From assembly GCA_900771085.1 (NCBI GenBank), contig CAAGMR010000016.1:16284-80283 (forward strand): 64,000 bases of DNA. The letters are read 5' to 3'. Origin of the DNA: Clostridia bacterium (GTDB lineage: Bacteria; Bacillota; Clostridia; Oscillospirales; Acutalibacteraceae). Shown piece after piece: positions 35,868 through 46,261 of this stretch (positions are counted from its first letter, which is position 1; every line of letters begins with the position of its first letter). The translations under genes and the position numbers were made by a program. The notes below the pieces were generated by a model. The model saw only the letters and a list, made by a program, of their open reading frames with translations, was not told where the DNA came from and made no database searches.

Positions 35868-36934
35868 TCTTCGGCGGCGAGCTTTGCTGCTGTATCGGCG
35901 GTTGCCAGCGCATCGATAAGCTCATCGAGATTGCCGTTCATGATTGATTCTATCTTATAAAGTGTGAGGTTTATTCTGTGGTCTGATACTCGTCCCTGAG
36001 GGAAGTTATAAGTACGGATACGTTCGGAGCGATCTCCTGTTCCGACCATTGCTTTTCGGGTTCCGGCAATTTCGGCATTGTGCTTTTCAAGTTCTGCCTC
36101 ATAAAGTCTTGAGCGGAGAACCTGAAGGGCTTTGGCCTTGTTCTGGAACTGAGAGCGTTCATTCTGACACTCAACAACGGTATTTGTCGGAAGATGTGTA
36201 ACACGGATTGCAGAAGATGTCTTGTTTACCTTCTGACCGCCGGCGCCGCTGGAGCGGAATACGTCGATTTTTACTTCGGACATGTCAAGCTCGAAGTCAA
36301 CATCCTCAGCTTCCGGCAGTACGGCAACCGTACAGGTGGATGTCTGGATGCGTCCCTGTGATTCGGTTTCCGGTACACGCTGAACGCGGTGAACACCGCT
36401 TTCGAACTTAAGACGGGAATATGCTCCGTCACCGGTGATTTCAACACTGACTTCCTTGTATCCGCCGAGTTCGGTTTCGTTCTCCGAAACCACCTCGGTT
36501 TTAAAACCGTGTGACTCCGCATACATGGTATACATTCGGAAAAGGGAACCGGCGAATAAAGCCGCTTCCTCGCCGCCGGCACCTGCTCTGATTTCAACGA
36601 TAACGTTTTTGTCGTCGTTAGGGTCTCTTGGCAGGAGAAGGATTTTGAGTTCTTCGGCTGTACTCTCCATGGCCTCACCCGCAGCGCTGAGTTCTTCCTG
36701 AAGCATCTCTTCAAAATCCGGGTCGAGACCGCCGGCATCGAGCAGCTCGCGAGCCTCGCGAGCGTCTGCATCTGCCTTTTTCCATTCACGGAACTTCTCA
36801 ACGATAGGAGTTACATTTTTAAGCTCCTTCATGAGAGCGGTGTATTTGTCCATGTCGGAAACCACGGCAGGGTCTGCCAGCTCTTCGTTTATGGCATTGA
36901 ATCTCTCTTCAACACCTTTAAGCTTATCAAACAT
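35864..36934 (-). CDS. prfA: Peptide chain release factor 1
   Basis: GGQ motif (SSGAGGQKVNKTSSAIRVTHLPT), RF1-type domain 2 (RIQTSTCTVAVLPE); RBS GAAGAGG. Confidence 0.9.
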   Translation of the reverse strand: MFDKLKGVEERFNAINEELADPAVVSDMDKYTALMKELKNVTPIVEKFREWKKADADAREARELLDAGGLDPDFEEMLQEELSAAGEAMESTAEELKILLLPRDPNDDKNVIVEIRAGAGGEEAALFAGSLFRMYTMYAESHGFKTEVVSENETELGGYKEVSVEITGDGAYSRLKFESGVHRVQRVPETESQGRIQTSTCTVAVLPEAEDVDFELDMSEVKIDVFRSSGAGGQKVNKTSSAIRVTHLPTNTVVECQNERSQFQNKAKALQVLRSRLYEAELEKHNAEIAGTRKAMVGTGDRSERIRTYNFPQGRVSDHRINLTLYKIESIMNGNLDELIDALATADTAAKLAAEE

Positions 36935-36937
36935 GAA

Positions 36938-37120
36938 TTAAACCTCTTCAATAACTGTTTTAATGGCCTTCTCGGCCTTCTTGCGAGGGAGCATTACTTC
37001 TCGTCCGCAGGAGGTGCATTTCAGCTTGATATCCATGCCGACTCTGGTGATTTCAAAAACGTCGCAGCCGCAAGGATGCGGTTTTTTCATCTTAACTTTC
37101 TGATTAAGGTTAAGTTCCAT
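36938..37120 (-). CDS. Small zinc-ribbon protein (DUF951-like), 60 aa
   Basis: MELNLNQKVKMKKPHPCGCD...KCTSCGREV (CxC...CxxC); RBS AAAGGAG; 4 nt upstream of prfA; longer track ORF start lacks RBS. Confidence 0.5.
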   Translation of the reverse strand: MELNLNQKVKMKKPHPCGCDVFEITRVGMDIKLKCTSCGREVMLPRKKAEKAIKTVIEEV

Positions 37121-37246
37121 ATAAAGCTCCTTTCTCATTTGCATAAAGTATAGCATAACAGTGCAAGATTTAGTATAATCTTCTATAAGTATGTACCATA
37201 CGGAATCAATTTATCTAGCGCGGTTGCGCAGAAAGTGAGCAAATTT

Positions 37247-38926
37247 ATGGGATACAAATCAGATATCGAAATTGCACAGGAAGCCACACCAAAACACATT
37301 GGCGAAATAGCTGCAAAGCTTGGCCTTTCTGAAGACAGCTTCGAATATTATGGAAAGTACAAGGCAAAGGTTGACTACAACCTTCTCAAGACACCTAAAA
37401 AGGGCGACAAGGCAAAGCTTGTACTTGTAACAGCCATCAACCCTACACCGGCCGGTGAAGGCAAGACAACTACAACCGTAGGTCTTGCAGATGGACTTTC
37501 TCAGATTGGAAAAAATGTTTGTATAGCTCTTAGAGAACCTTCTCTTGGACCTGTATTTGGAGTAAAGGGCGGCGCTGCCGGCGGCGGCTACGCTCAGGTA
37601 ATCCCAATGGAAGATATCAACCTTCATTTCACAGGTGACTTCCATGCCATCGGCGCAGCAAACAACCTTCTTGCTGCAATGATCGACAACCACATTTATC
37701 AGGGCAACGAATGCAACATCGACCCTAAACGCATCACATGGAGACGCTGCGTTGACATGAACGACAGACAGCTCAGAAACGTTGTCGACGGTCTTGGCAG
37801 ACGCGTTGACGGTGTAACACGTGAAGACGGATTCGACATCACAGTTGCTTCTGAAATCATGGCAACACTCTGTCTTGCTTCTTCAATCAAAGACTTAAAG
37901 GAACGTCTTTCAAGAATCGTTGTAGGCTACAGCTACACAGGCGAGCCTGTAACAGCAGGCGAGATTGGCGCTGCAGGTGCAATGACAGCACTTCTTAAAG
38001 ATGCCCTCAAGCCAAACCTTGTTCAGACTCTTGAAGGAACACCTGCATTTGTTCACGGTGGACCTTTTGCAAACATTGCACACGGCTGTAACTCTGTTAT
38101 GGCAACACGTATGGCAATGCACCTCAGCGATTATACAATCACAGAGGCAGGCTTCGGCGCAGACCTTGGTGCTGAGAAGTTCCTCGACATCAAGTGCCGT
38201 CTTGCAGACCTCAAGCCTGATGCTGTAGTAATCGTTGCTACAATCCGTGCTCTCAAGTACAACGGCGGAGTTCCAAAGGCAGAGCTTGGAAGCGAAAACC
38301 TTGAAGCTCTTGAAAAGGGCCTTCCAAACCTTCTTAAGCACGTTGAAAACATCACACAGGTTTACGGCCTTCCTGCAGTTGTTGCAATCAACAAGTTTGT
38401 TGCCGACACAGATGCAGAAGTTAAGCTCGTAACAGACAAGTGTAATGAACTTGGCGTAAATGTATGTCTCTCAGAAGTATGGGAACACGGCGGAAAAGGC
38501 GGCGTAGAGCTTGCCAAGGAAGTTGTTGAACTCTGCGAAAACGCAGAAAACAACTTCACATTCTCATACGATGCAAATGACAGCATCAAAGATAAGATTA
38601 ATGCCATCGCAACAAAGATTTATGGCGCAGACGGTGTTAACTATACAACCCAGGCAGAAAAGGAAATTGCAGAGCTTACAAAGAACGGCTTTGACAAGAT
38701 GCCAATCTGCATGGCTAAAACTCAGTATTCACTTTCCGACGACCAGACCAAACTTGGCCGTCCAACAGGCTTTACTATTACAGTTCGTAACCTCACCGTA
38801 AGTGCAGGTGCAGGCTTCGTTGTTGCCCTTACAGGTGACATCCTCAAGATGCCTGGTCTTCCAAAGGCTCCTGCAGCTCTTCGCATTGACTGCGATGACG
38901 ACGGACGTATTACCGGTCTGTTCTAA
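37247..38926 (+). CDS. fhs: Formate--tetrahydrofolate ligase
   Basis: KSDIEIAQ N-terminus, P-loop [11 protein letters not shown], full-length FTHFS; alternative GTG start at 37235. Confidence 0.9.
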   Translation: MGYKSDIEIAQEATPKHIGEIAAKLGLSEDSFEYYGKYKAKVDYNLLKTPKKGDKAKLVLVTAINPTPAGEGKTTTTVGLADGLSQIGKNVCIALREPSLGPVFGVKGGAAGGGYAQVIPMEDINLHFTGDFHAIGAANNLLAAMIDNHIYQGNECNIDPKRITWRRCVDMNDRQLRNVVDGLGRRVDGVTREDGFDITVASEIMATLCLASSIKDLKERLSRIVVGYSYTGEPVTAGEIGAAGAMTALLKDALKPNLVQTLEGTPAFVHGGPFANIAHGCNSVMATRMAMHLSDYTITEAGFGADLGAEKFLDIKCRLADLKPDAVVIVATIRALKYNGGVPKAELGSENLEALEKGLPNLLKHVENITQVYGLPAVVAINKFVADTDAEVKLVTDKCNELGVNVCLSEVWEHGGKGGVELAKEVVELCENAENNFTFSYDANDSIKDKINAIATKIYGADGVNYTTQAEKEIAELTKNGFDKMPICMAKTQYSLSDDQTKLGRPTGFTITVRNLTVSAGAGFVVALTGDILKMPGLPKAPAALRIDCDDDGRITGLF

Positions 38927-38944
38927 AGAAAAGAGGTAATCACA

Positions 38945-39841
38945 ATGGGAAATGAAATAAAACAGAAGAGTGGGTTAGGAACCTTCCTGATTGATACTCT
39001 CAAAGGCTTTATCATTGGCGCAGCCAATGTAATTCCGGGCGCATCAGGCGGAACACTTGCTCTGGTAATAGGCATCTATGAAAAGCTGATCGGTGCACTT
39101 TCAAACATCGCATCTGACTTAAAGAACAGCCTTAAGACCCTCGCACCGATTCTTCTCGGTGTGGCAATTGCATTCCTGACACTCAGCCACGTTATTACTT
39201 TCTGCCTCGAAAAATTCCTGTTTGCCACAATCATGCTTTTCTTCGGCGCAGTTCTTGGCGGCATGCCAATGCTCGCCGGCAAAGTAAAAGGCAAAAAGGT
39301 TAAGCCGGCATATATTGCTGTTGCCGTAGTTACATTTGCAGTAGTAATCGGACTCGTTTTCCTTGGCACAGGCGCAGATGTTGATATCTCAACCTTCAGC
39401 ATCGGCAAGATCCTTCTCCTCTTTGTTGCAGGCGCTGTTGCCGCCGCAACAATGGTAATTCCGGGTGTTTCCGGTTCAGCTTTCCTCATGACAATCGGCC
39501 TTTATGAGCCGGTCATGAATCAGGTTAAGGCTCTCACTTCTTCAGACGGTGACAAGGGCCACGCAATCGTTGTTGTTCTCATAGTTGCTGTTGGTATCAT
39601 TGCAGGTATAGTTGGTATTGCTAAGCTTATCGATATGCTTCTCAAGAATTATGAGACCGGCACATACTGGGCAATAATCGGTTTTGTCCTTTCAAGTGCA
39701 ATCGTTATTCTTCTCCAGAACTTCTTCCTTGGAGCAGGTGTTGCAGCAAACCTTTCAGGCACATCTGTTATCGAGTACATTGCAGGTGCAGTTCTTGCAG
39801 TTCTCGGCTTCCTCGGAGCATACAAACTTGGAGACAAATAA
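38945..39841 (+). CDS. DUF368 family membrane protein (PopT-type putative undecaprenyl-phosphate translocase)
   Basis: Duplicated motif VIPGASGGT / VIPGVSGSA, ~8 TM; RBS AAGAGG. Confidence 0.75.
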   Translation: MGNEIKQKSGLGTFLIDTLKGFIIGAANVIPGASGGTLALVIGIYEKLIGALSNIASDLKNSLKTLAPILLGVAIAFLTLSHVITFCLEKFLFATIMLFFGAVLGGMPMLAGKVKGKKVKPAYIAVAVVTFAVVIGLVFLGTGADVDISTFSIGKILLLFVAGAVAAATMVIPGVSGSAFLMTIGLYEPVMNQVKALTSSDGDKGHAIVVVLIVAVGIIAGIVGIAKLIDMLLKNYETGTYWAIIGFVLSSAIVILLQNFFLGAGVAANLSGTSVIEYIAGAVLAVLGFLGAYKLGDK

Positions 39842-39851
39842 AAATCAATCA

Positions 39852-39881
39852 GAAAAGCCACCCGAAAGGGTGGCTTTTTTT
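39852..39881 (+). terminator. Rho-independent terminator
   Basis: AGCCACCC-gaaa-GGGTGGCT + T7. Confidence 0.65.
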
Positions 39882-39967
39882 AACCCCCTACGGGGCTTAT
39901 ACGCCTTCGATAATTGTTGTAAATTGGATAATGGTTTGTTCATTATATAAAAAGAAGGGAGATTTTT

Positions 39968-41566
39968 ATGAAAAGAACCAAAAGAATAATTGCTGTTCTT
40001 GTTGCTCTTGTTATGGCACTCACTTTATTCGGATGCTCAAAGAATAGTGCTCAGACAAGAGATGACAGAAAAGCAGGGAATCAGCTTATCGCTGCTATCG
40101 GAGAAGAACCGGAAGGTGGATTTGACTCCGTAACAGGCGGTCACGGTTCAATTACAAAGCTTATTTTCTCAACACTCTTCAAGAGAGACAAGGCTCTCGG
40201 TTGGGAAGGCGATCTTGCTACAGGATACACTGTATCTGACGACAGACTTACATGGACAGTTACACTCAGAGATGATGCCAAGTTCACAGATGGCACACCT
40301 GTAACTGCAAAAGATGTAGCTTTCACTTATAATCAGGCAAAAGAGTCAGGCACAGACATCGACCTCACTATCATTGACAGCGTAGAAGCTGTAAATGATA
40401 CAACAGTCGCTTTCCACCTGACAAGAGTTTATTCACCATTTATTGAAAGAATGGCTTATCTCGGAATTGTTCCTGAACATGCTTACGACAAGAACTTTAA
40501 GGACGAGCCTATTGGTTCTGGTCCATTTAAACTTGTTCAGTGGGATAAGGGACAGCAGGTTATCTTTGAAAGAAATGATGACTACTATGGTGAAAAGGCA
40601 AAGCTTGAACAGATTACAATCGCTTTCCTTGACACAGACGCTGCTGTTGCAGCTGTTGAAAAGGGTGAAGTTGATATTGCACAGATCAACGGTACTCTTG
40701 CAAGCAAGAAGGTTGAAGGCGCATCAATTATCGACATTCCAAGTATCGAATGCTATGGCGTATGCTTCCCAATGATTCCTAACACCGGCGAACTTGCAGG
40801 TGACGGCGCACCAATGGGTAACAACGTAACATCTGACCTTGCAATCAGACAGGCTATGAACGTAGCAATTGACAGACAGAAGATCGTTGACAGTGTTCTT
40901 GGCGGTTACGGCACAGTTTCAACAACAGGTCTTGAAAAGATGCCATGGCTCAACCAGGACACAGTAATGGCTCCAACAGATTATGCCAATACTGAAGCAG
41001 CAAAGCAGATCCTTGCAAATGCAGGCTGGTTTGATACCGACGGAGACGGAATTGTAGAGAAAAACGGCGAAAAAGCAGAATTCAAGCTTCTTTATACTGC
41101 CGGCAACTACAGACAGGAAATGGCTCTCGAATTCGTAAATGTTGCTTCTGAAATCGGAATCAAAGTTGACCTTGAACTTAAGACATGGGATACAATTCTT
41201 GATGAAATCCATACATGTGCTGTAATGTACGGCTTCGGTTCAGGTGACCCATCAGAACTTTATAACCTTTACTATGGTGGAATTGCCGGTGGAGAGGTTG
41301 CATGGGACAACTCAGGCGTTTATTCAAACCCTGAAGGCGACGCATGCATAGATGCTGCTCTCGCAGCAACAGACGAAAATGAAGCTATTGCATACTGGAA
41401 GCAGCTTCAGACTTACGCTTCTGCAAAGGGCGATGCTCCTTATTGCTGGCTTGCAAATGCAAACCATGTTTATCTTGCTGCTGACGGCTTCAGCTTCGGC
41501 ACACCGGTTGTTCAGCCACACGGCGGAAGAATTTTTGATAACATTGTTGAATGGAGCTGGACCTAA
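39968..41566 (+). CDS. ABC transporter substrate-binding lipoprotein, family 5 (peptide/nickel Opp/Dpp/Nik type)
   Basis: Lipobox LFGCS; SBP_bac_5 size and motifs; RBS AAGGGAG. Confidence 0.8.
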   Translation: MKRTKRIIAVLVALVMALTLFGCSKNSAQTRDDRKAGNQLIAAIGEEPEGGFDSVTGGHGSITKLIFSTLFKRDKALGWEGDLATGYTVSDDRLTWTVTLRDDAKFTDGTPVTAKDVAFTYNQAKESGTDIDLTIIDSVEAVNDTTVAFHLTRVYSPFIERMAYLGIVPEHAYDKNFKDEPIGSGPFKLVQWDKGQQVIFERNDDYYGEKAKLEQITIAFLDTDAAVAAVEKGEVDIAQINGTLASKKVEGASIIDIPSIECYGVCFPMIPNTGELAGDGAPMGNNVTSDLAIRQAMNVAIDRQKIVDSVLGGYGTVSTTGLEKMPWLNQDTVMAPTDYANTEAAKQILANAGWFDTDGDGIVEKNGEKAEFKLLYTAGNYRQEMALEFVNVASEIGIKVDLELKTWDTILDEIHTCAVMYGFGSGDPSELYNLYYGGIAGGEVAWDNSGVYSNPEGDACIDAALAATDENEAIAYWKQLQTYASAKGDAPYCWLANANHVYLAADGFSFGTPVVQPHGGRIFDNIVEWSWT

Positions 41567-41569
41567 GAA

Positions 41570-42565
41570 ATGAACATAAATGGTAACACTGCCAGATATG
41601 CGGGTAAAAAATTTATCCGTTTAGCAGTTTTATTTGTTGCCGTTATGATTTTGACTTTTCTTTTAATGGAAGCTTCTCCAATTGATCCGGTTACAGCATA
41701 TGTCGGTGCCGACACAAAAGTTGGCGCTGAACAGCGCGCATTAATTGCAGAAAAGTGGGGGCTCAATGAGCCCCCACTTCAGCGATTTATGTCGTGGTTT
41801 AAAAATATGCTCCATGGCGATTGGGGACAGTCAATTGTCTTCAGACGTCCGGTTATGGAAGTCATAGGACAGAAGTTTAAATCTTCTCTGGCTCTTATGC
41901 TCGCTGCCTGGGTATTATCCGGTGTATTTGGTTTTACACTTGGTATTCTCTCAGGCACAAATGAAGGTAAGCTTATTGACAGACTCATAAAAGGATATTG
42001 TCATATCTTAATAGCAACCCCAACCTTCTGGCTTGGAATTGTTTTTGTAATAGTTTTCTGTGTCAGACTGGGATGGTTCCCGGTTGGCTTAAGTGTTCCT
42101 ATCGGAACTCTGGCTTCGCAGGTCAGTCTCGCAGATAAAATATCGCATATGATCCTTCCGGCCATTACACTTGCATTTATTAATGTTGCAAGCCTTTGTC
42201 TTCACACAAGAGAGAAGACAATAGAAATACTTAATTCAGACTATGTTTTATTTGCCATAGCCCGTGGCGAATCAAAGTCCGAAATCATTAGGAAACACCT
42301 TATAAGAAACGTGTCTTTACCATCAATTACAGTTCAGTTCCTGTCTTTCAGTGAACTGTTTGGCGGAGCAGTTTTCGTTGAACAGGTTTTCTCATATCCC
42401 GGACTCGGCAACGCCGCAGTGCTTGCCGGACTTAGAGGCGACATGCCTCTGCTTATGGGAATAACCCTTATAAGTGTACTCTTTGTATTTACGGGTAACC
42501 TGATTGCAGACCTCCTTTACTTTGCAATTGACCCTAGAATAAGGGAAGGGGGATCTCTGGAATGA
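41570..42565 (+). CDS. ABC transporter permease (DppB/NikB-like)
   Basis: BPD_transp_1 with N-terminal OppB-type helix. Confidence 0.85.
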   Translation: MNINGNTARYAGKKFIRLAVLFVAVMILTFLLMEASPIDPVTAYVGADTKVGAEQRALIAEKWGLNEPPLQRFMSWFKNMLHGDWGQSIVFRRPVMEVIGQKFKSSLALMLAAWVLSGVFGFTLGILSGTNEGKLIDRLIKGYCHILIATPTFWLGIVFVIVFCVRLGWFPVGLSVPIGTLASQVSLADKISHMILPAITLAFINVASLCLHTREKTIEILNSDYVLFAIARGESKSEIIRKHLIRNVSLPSITVQFLSFSELFGGAVFVEQVFSYPGLGNAAVLAGLRGDMPLLMGITLISVLFVFTGNLIADLLYFAIDPRIREGGSLE

Positions 42566-43392
42566 ACTTAAAACTTGGCACAAGAGAAAAAGCGATTATT
42601 ACCGCTTCTTTTTTCACATTGGTCGTTGTAGCCATTGTAGTGGCAGGAACTCTTATTCCTGACAGTGCGTTACTGGTTGACCTTTCTAATGCCAATCTTG
42701 CCCCATCTCTTGAGCACCCGTTTGGAACGGACTGGGTAGGCAGAGACATGCTGCTTCGTACACTCAAAGGATTACGTCTCAGCATATGGACAGGTATGAT
42801 CTGTTCCCTTACCAGCAGTGCCATTGCAGTGGTTTTAGGCATTCTCGGTCCTATTCTTGGCGGCTGGTTTGATGAAGCCGTTTCATGGCTTGTTGACCTT
42901 GTAATGTCTATACCTCACACAATTCTTGTAATTCTGATATCCATTGCCTGCGGCGGTGGCTTCAAGGGCGTGGTAATCGGTGTGGCTGCAACTCACTGGA
43001 CTTCCCTTACACGTGTCATTCGTGCTGAAGTTTTGCAGACCATGGAATCCGAATACGTTAAGAGTGCAAAAAGATTTGGAAAAAGCAGATTGTATATCTG
43101 TGCTCAGCATTTATTCCCGCATATTATTCCTCAGTTGGTAGTAGGTACTATTCTTGTATTCCCGCACGCAATTATCCATGAGGCATCCATAACCTTCCTG
43201 GGCTTTGGACTTCCACCTCATGAGCCGGCAATAGGTGTAATACTTTCAGAATCAATGAAATATCTCACAGCAGGACGCTGGTGGCTTGGTCTCTTCTCAG
43301 GAGCCACTCTCGTTCTGGTTTCTCTGGCTGTTTCGGCTGTTGGCAATAATCTTAAACGTATTATTGATCCTTCTGCCGCTTATAAGATGTAA
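42562..43392 (+). CDS. ABC transporter permease (DppC/NikC-like)
   Basis: EAA-type loop, overlaps upstream stop. Confidence 0.85.
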   Translation: MNLKLGTREKAIITASFFTLVVVAIVVAGTLIPDSALLVDLSNANLAPSLEHPFGTDWVGRDMLLRTLKGLRLSIWTGMICSLTSSAIAVVLGILGPILGGWFDEAVSWLVDLVMSIPHTILVILISIACGGGFKGVVIGVAATHWTSLTRVIRAEVLQTMESEYVKSAKRFGKSRLYICAQHLFPHIIPQLVVGTILVFPHAIIHEASITFLGFGLPPHEPAIGVILSESMKYLTAGRWWLGLFSGATLVLVSLAVSAVGNNLKRIIDPSAAYKM

Positions 43393-43405
43393 GGGAGGTA
43401 GAAAG

Positions 43406-44347
43406 ATGGAAAACACTCCTTTATTCAGCGTTAAAAACTTTGGCGTTTCTTTTTCTCAGTATAAGCGCGGAACCGAAAAGACAGAACTCAAAGTAATTAC
43501 AAATCTGGACATCGACCTGTATGAAGGCAAGATCCTTGCTGTCGTAGGATCTTCGGGATCCGGCAAGAGCCTGCTGGCTCATGCCATTATGGGAATTCTT
43601 CCATATAACGCCAATGTTACAGGCGAGATGACATTTATGGGAAAGAAACTCGAATCCGCAGATATCGAGAATCTGAGAGGTACGACAATCTCTCTTATTC
43701 CTCAGTCAGTAAACTTCCTGGACCCTCTTTTAAAGGTGGGCGCACAGGTTGCCACTTCTATTAGAACCGGTGATGACGAGGAAAAGAAGAAAGCCGTAGA
43801 AGAGGTATTTGAAAGATACGGACTCGCCAAAGAAGTCTATAACTATTATCCTCATCAGCTTTCAGGCGGTATGGCACGTCGAGTTCTTCTTGCCACGGCT
43901 ACTTTGGCAAAAAGTAAAATTGTGATTGCCGACGAGCCGACACCCGGTCTTGATGAAGCTTCTTTAAATGAAGTACTTATTGACTTTAAGAGACTTACCC
44001 AGTCAGGCTGCGCCGTGCTGATGATCACACATGATATCAATGCGGCCAAAAGAATAGCTGACGATATTGCTTTCTTCTATGCAGGAAGCACACTTGAAAC
44101 AGCTCCGGCAGATGAGGTTACAGGCGACGGCAGCAAACTGCGTCACCCTTATTCAAAAGCACTGGTCAGGGCTATGCCGGACAACGAGTTTGTACCTCTG
44201 GACGGTTTCCAGCCAATGCCGGGCGAACTGTCGGAAGGTTGTGTCTTTGCCGAGCGATGCCCGCAATGCTGCGATGAGTGCATGAAAAAGGCGCCTGAGC
44301 TTCAGGAACTTAGAGGCGGAAAGGTAAGGTGTTTCTATGCTACTTAA
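43406..44347 (+). CDS. ABC transporter ATP-binding protein (DppD/NikD-like, with C-terminal oligopeptide-type extension)
   Basis: Walker A GSSGSGKS, LSGGMARR, Walker B VIADEPT; RBS GGGAGG; track ORF from 43286 is an extension. Confidence 0.85.
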   Translation: MENTPLFSVKNFGVSFSQYKRGTEKTELKVITNLDIDLYEGKILAVVGSSGSGKSLLAHAIMGILPYNANVTGEMTFMGKKLESADIENLRGTTISLIPQSVNFLDPLLKVGAQVATSIRTGDDEEKKKAVEEVFERYGLAKEVYNYYPHQLSGGMARRVLLATATLAKSKIVIADEPTPGLDEASLNEVLIDFKRLTQSGCAVLMITHDINAAKRIADDIAFFYAGSTLETAPADEVTGDGSKLRHPYSKALVRAMPDNEFVPLDGFQPMPGELSEGCVFAERCPQCCDECMKKAPELQELRGGKVRCFYAT

Positions 44348-44939
44348 AGCAGAAAATGTATCATTTTCATATGCCGGAGGCGCGCAGATTCTGCAGAATG
44401 TGAATTTTAGCGTAGAGACCGGAGAGGTCGTAGGTCTTACCGCTCCTTCCGGATACGGAAAATCAACACTCGGAAAAATCCTGGCAGGTTATCTGAAACC
44501 TTCAGACGGCTCGGTAACAATAGACGGCAAACCATTGCCGGCTAAAGGATTCTGTCCTGTTCAGCTAATCTTTCAGCATCCGGAAAAGGCAGTTAATCCA
44601 AAGTGGAAGATGAAAAAAGTGTTAAACGAGGCATGGAATCCTCCCGAGGAAATGATTGCGAAAATGGGTATCAGAGATGAATGGATGAACAGATGGCCAT
44701 CTGAACTGTCCGGTGGAGAATTGCAGCGATTCTGCGTTCTTCGCGCATTGTCTCCGGATACAAAATTCCTGATATGCGATGAAATGTCGACAATGCTTGA
44801 CGTTATAACCCAGGCCCAGATCTGGAATGTTGTTCTTGATTACGCAAAAGAAAATAACGTAGGAATTGTTGTCGTAAGTCACGAAAAATCTCTTGTTGAT
44901 AAGATATGCACAAGAGTAGTTCATCTTGATAATCAATAA
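44337..44939 (+). CDS. Short ABC transporter ATP-binding protein (DppF/NikE-like, 200 aa, lacks C-terminal extension)
   Basis: Walker A PSGYGKST, LSGGELQR, Walker B LICDE. Confidence 0.8.
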   Translation: MLLKAENVSFSYAGGAQILQNVNFSVETGEVVGLTAPSGYGKSTLGKILAGYLKPSDGSVTIDGKPLPAKGFCPVQLIFQHPEKAVNPKWKMKKVLNEAWNPPEEMIAKMGIRDEWMNRWPSELSGGELQRFCVLRALSPDTKFLICDEMSTMLDVITQAQIWNVVLDYAKENNVGIVVVSHEKSLVDKICTRVVHLDNQ

Positions 44940-44973
44940 AAAAAGCCACCCTTTCGGGTGGCTTTTCTTTTTT
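44937..44973. terminator. Bidirectional rho-independent terminator
   Basis: AGCCACCC-tttc-GGGTGGCT + T-tract between convergent genes. Confidence 0.65.
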
Positions 44974-44974
44974 C

Positions 44975-46249
44975 TTATTTTATGAGGCCGAGTTCAGGAT
45001 GTCTTTCAGCAACTACTGAGAAAGCATCATCTGCAATGTCTATTGCAAGAGCAATGTCATCGTCGGTTACGGCCGCATTCATGAAGTGGTTGTGGTGCGA
45101 AGCGAGGAAGAGTCCGCGGCTTACGCATTCTGCAATCCATTCCTGATGAAGCATGAGGCTGTCATCATTTGCGATACGAAGATAGAAGAGAGCAGGCTCA
45201 CCTGAAACAACAAGGTCGAAGCCGTGAGACTTGCCTGCTTCTTTGAATCCGTTAGTGAGCTTTGTACCCATTTCGCGGAACATTGTCGGAGTATCAAGGC
45301 GTTTCATCTTCGGTATACATGCAAGGCATGCAGCGAATGGCTCTGCACTCATCCAGTATGAACCTGTGTAAACAACAGATGAAGCAGTAGCTTTCATGTG
45401 TTCGCCGCCGCAGACAGCTGACATGTTGTAGCCGTTTGCAAGAGCTTTACAGAAGCAGATGAGGTCTGCCTTGAATCCGTAGTAGTGGTCGGAACCTGCG
45501 ATATCGAGACGGAAGCCTGTACGTACGTCGTCAATGATGAGAACCATACCGTGGTCATCACAGAACTTGCGTACAGCAGCCCACTGTTCTTTTGTGGCAG
45601 TTACATTGTCGAAGAAGTTACCGTGGTCATATGGCTGAGCGATGAGACCTGCAACGTCTCCGCCGCACTCATCATATGCCTTCTGCATGGCATCGAGGTC
45701 AAACCATGGAACAACAATGTTGTTTGCAACGTCTTCAGGGAGAATGCCCGGATAGTCAGCCTTCTGAGCCCACTGGAAGTCACCGTGATAATAGCCGCGG
45801 AAGAACATAATCTTCTTCTTTCCTGTGTGAGCGCGAGCGCACATTACGGAGAATGTAGTGGCGTCTGAGCCGTTCTTCATAAAGAAAGCCCAATCTGCTG
45901 AAGCGACTGTGTCTACAAGCATTTCTGCACATTCAACCATCTTGTAAGATGGTGAAGTTGTGCAGTTGCCTGTCTGCAGCTGCTTTATTGCTGCTGCGTC
46001 AACGTCAGGGTCGCAGTAGCCGAGAACGTTAGGACCATATGCGCACATAAAGTCAAGGTATTTGTTACCGTCAACGTCCCAGAAGTAAGTTCCCTTTGCG
46101 TGGTCTGACATGAGAGGCCACTTTGTTATAGGGAGGAAGAGACCTTCGGAAGGTCCGAGATGTCCATAGACACCTGATGGGATATTTGCGAGAGCACGGT
46201 CAAACCATGCTTTTGATTTTTCATGTGTGTATTCAGGATATTTACTCAA
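44975..46249 (-). CDS. Class-III (GSA-aminomutase-like) PLP-dependent aminotransferase, TTG start
   Basis: Fold-type-I class III hallmarks (WDVDGNKYLDF..YGPNVLGY, PLP-Lys context CFCKALANGY); RBS AAGGAGG 8 nt before TTG. Confidence 0.7.
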   Translation of the reverse strand: MSKYPEYTHEKSKAWFDRALANIPSGVYGHLGPSEGLFLPITKWPLMSDHAKGTYFWDVDGNKYLDFMCAYGPNVLGYCDPDVDAAAIKQLQTGNCTTSPSYKMVECAEMLVDTVASADWAFFMKNGSDATTFSVMCARAHTGKKKIMFFRGYYHGDFQWAQKADYPGILPEDVANNIVVPWFDLDAMQKAYDECGGDVAGLIAQPYDHGNFFDNVTATKEQWAAVRKFCDDHGMVLIIDDVRTGFRLDIAGSDHYYGFKADLICFCKALANGYNMSAVCGGEHMKATASSVVYTGSYWMSAEPFAACLACIPKMKRLDTPTMFREMGTKLTNGFKEAGKSHGFDLVVSGEPALFYLRIANDDSLMLHQEWIAECVSRGLFLASHHNHFMNAAVTDDDIALAIDIADDAFSVVAERHPELGLIK

Positions 46250-46261
46250 AACGCTACCTCC

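Noticed and set aside
37910-38341. 143-aa Cys-rich antisense ORF inside fhs
   Set aside because: Fully inside the high-confidence fhs gene; the Cys-richness reflects GCA/ACA-rich antisense of Ala/Val codons.
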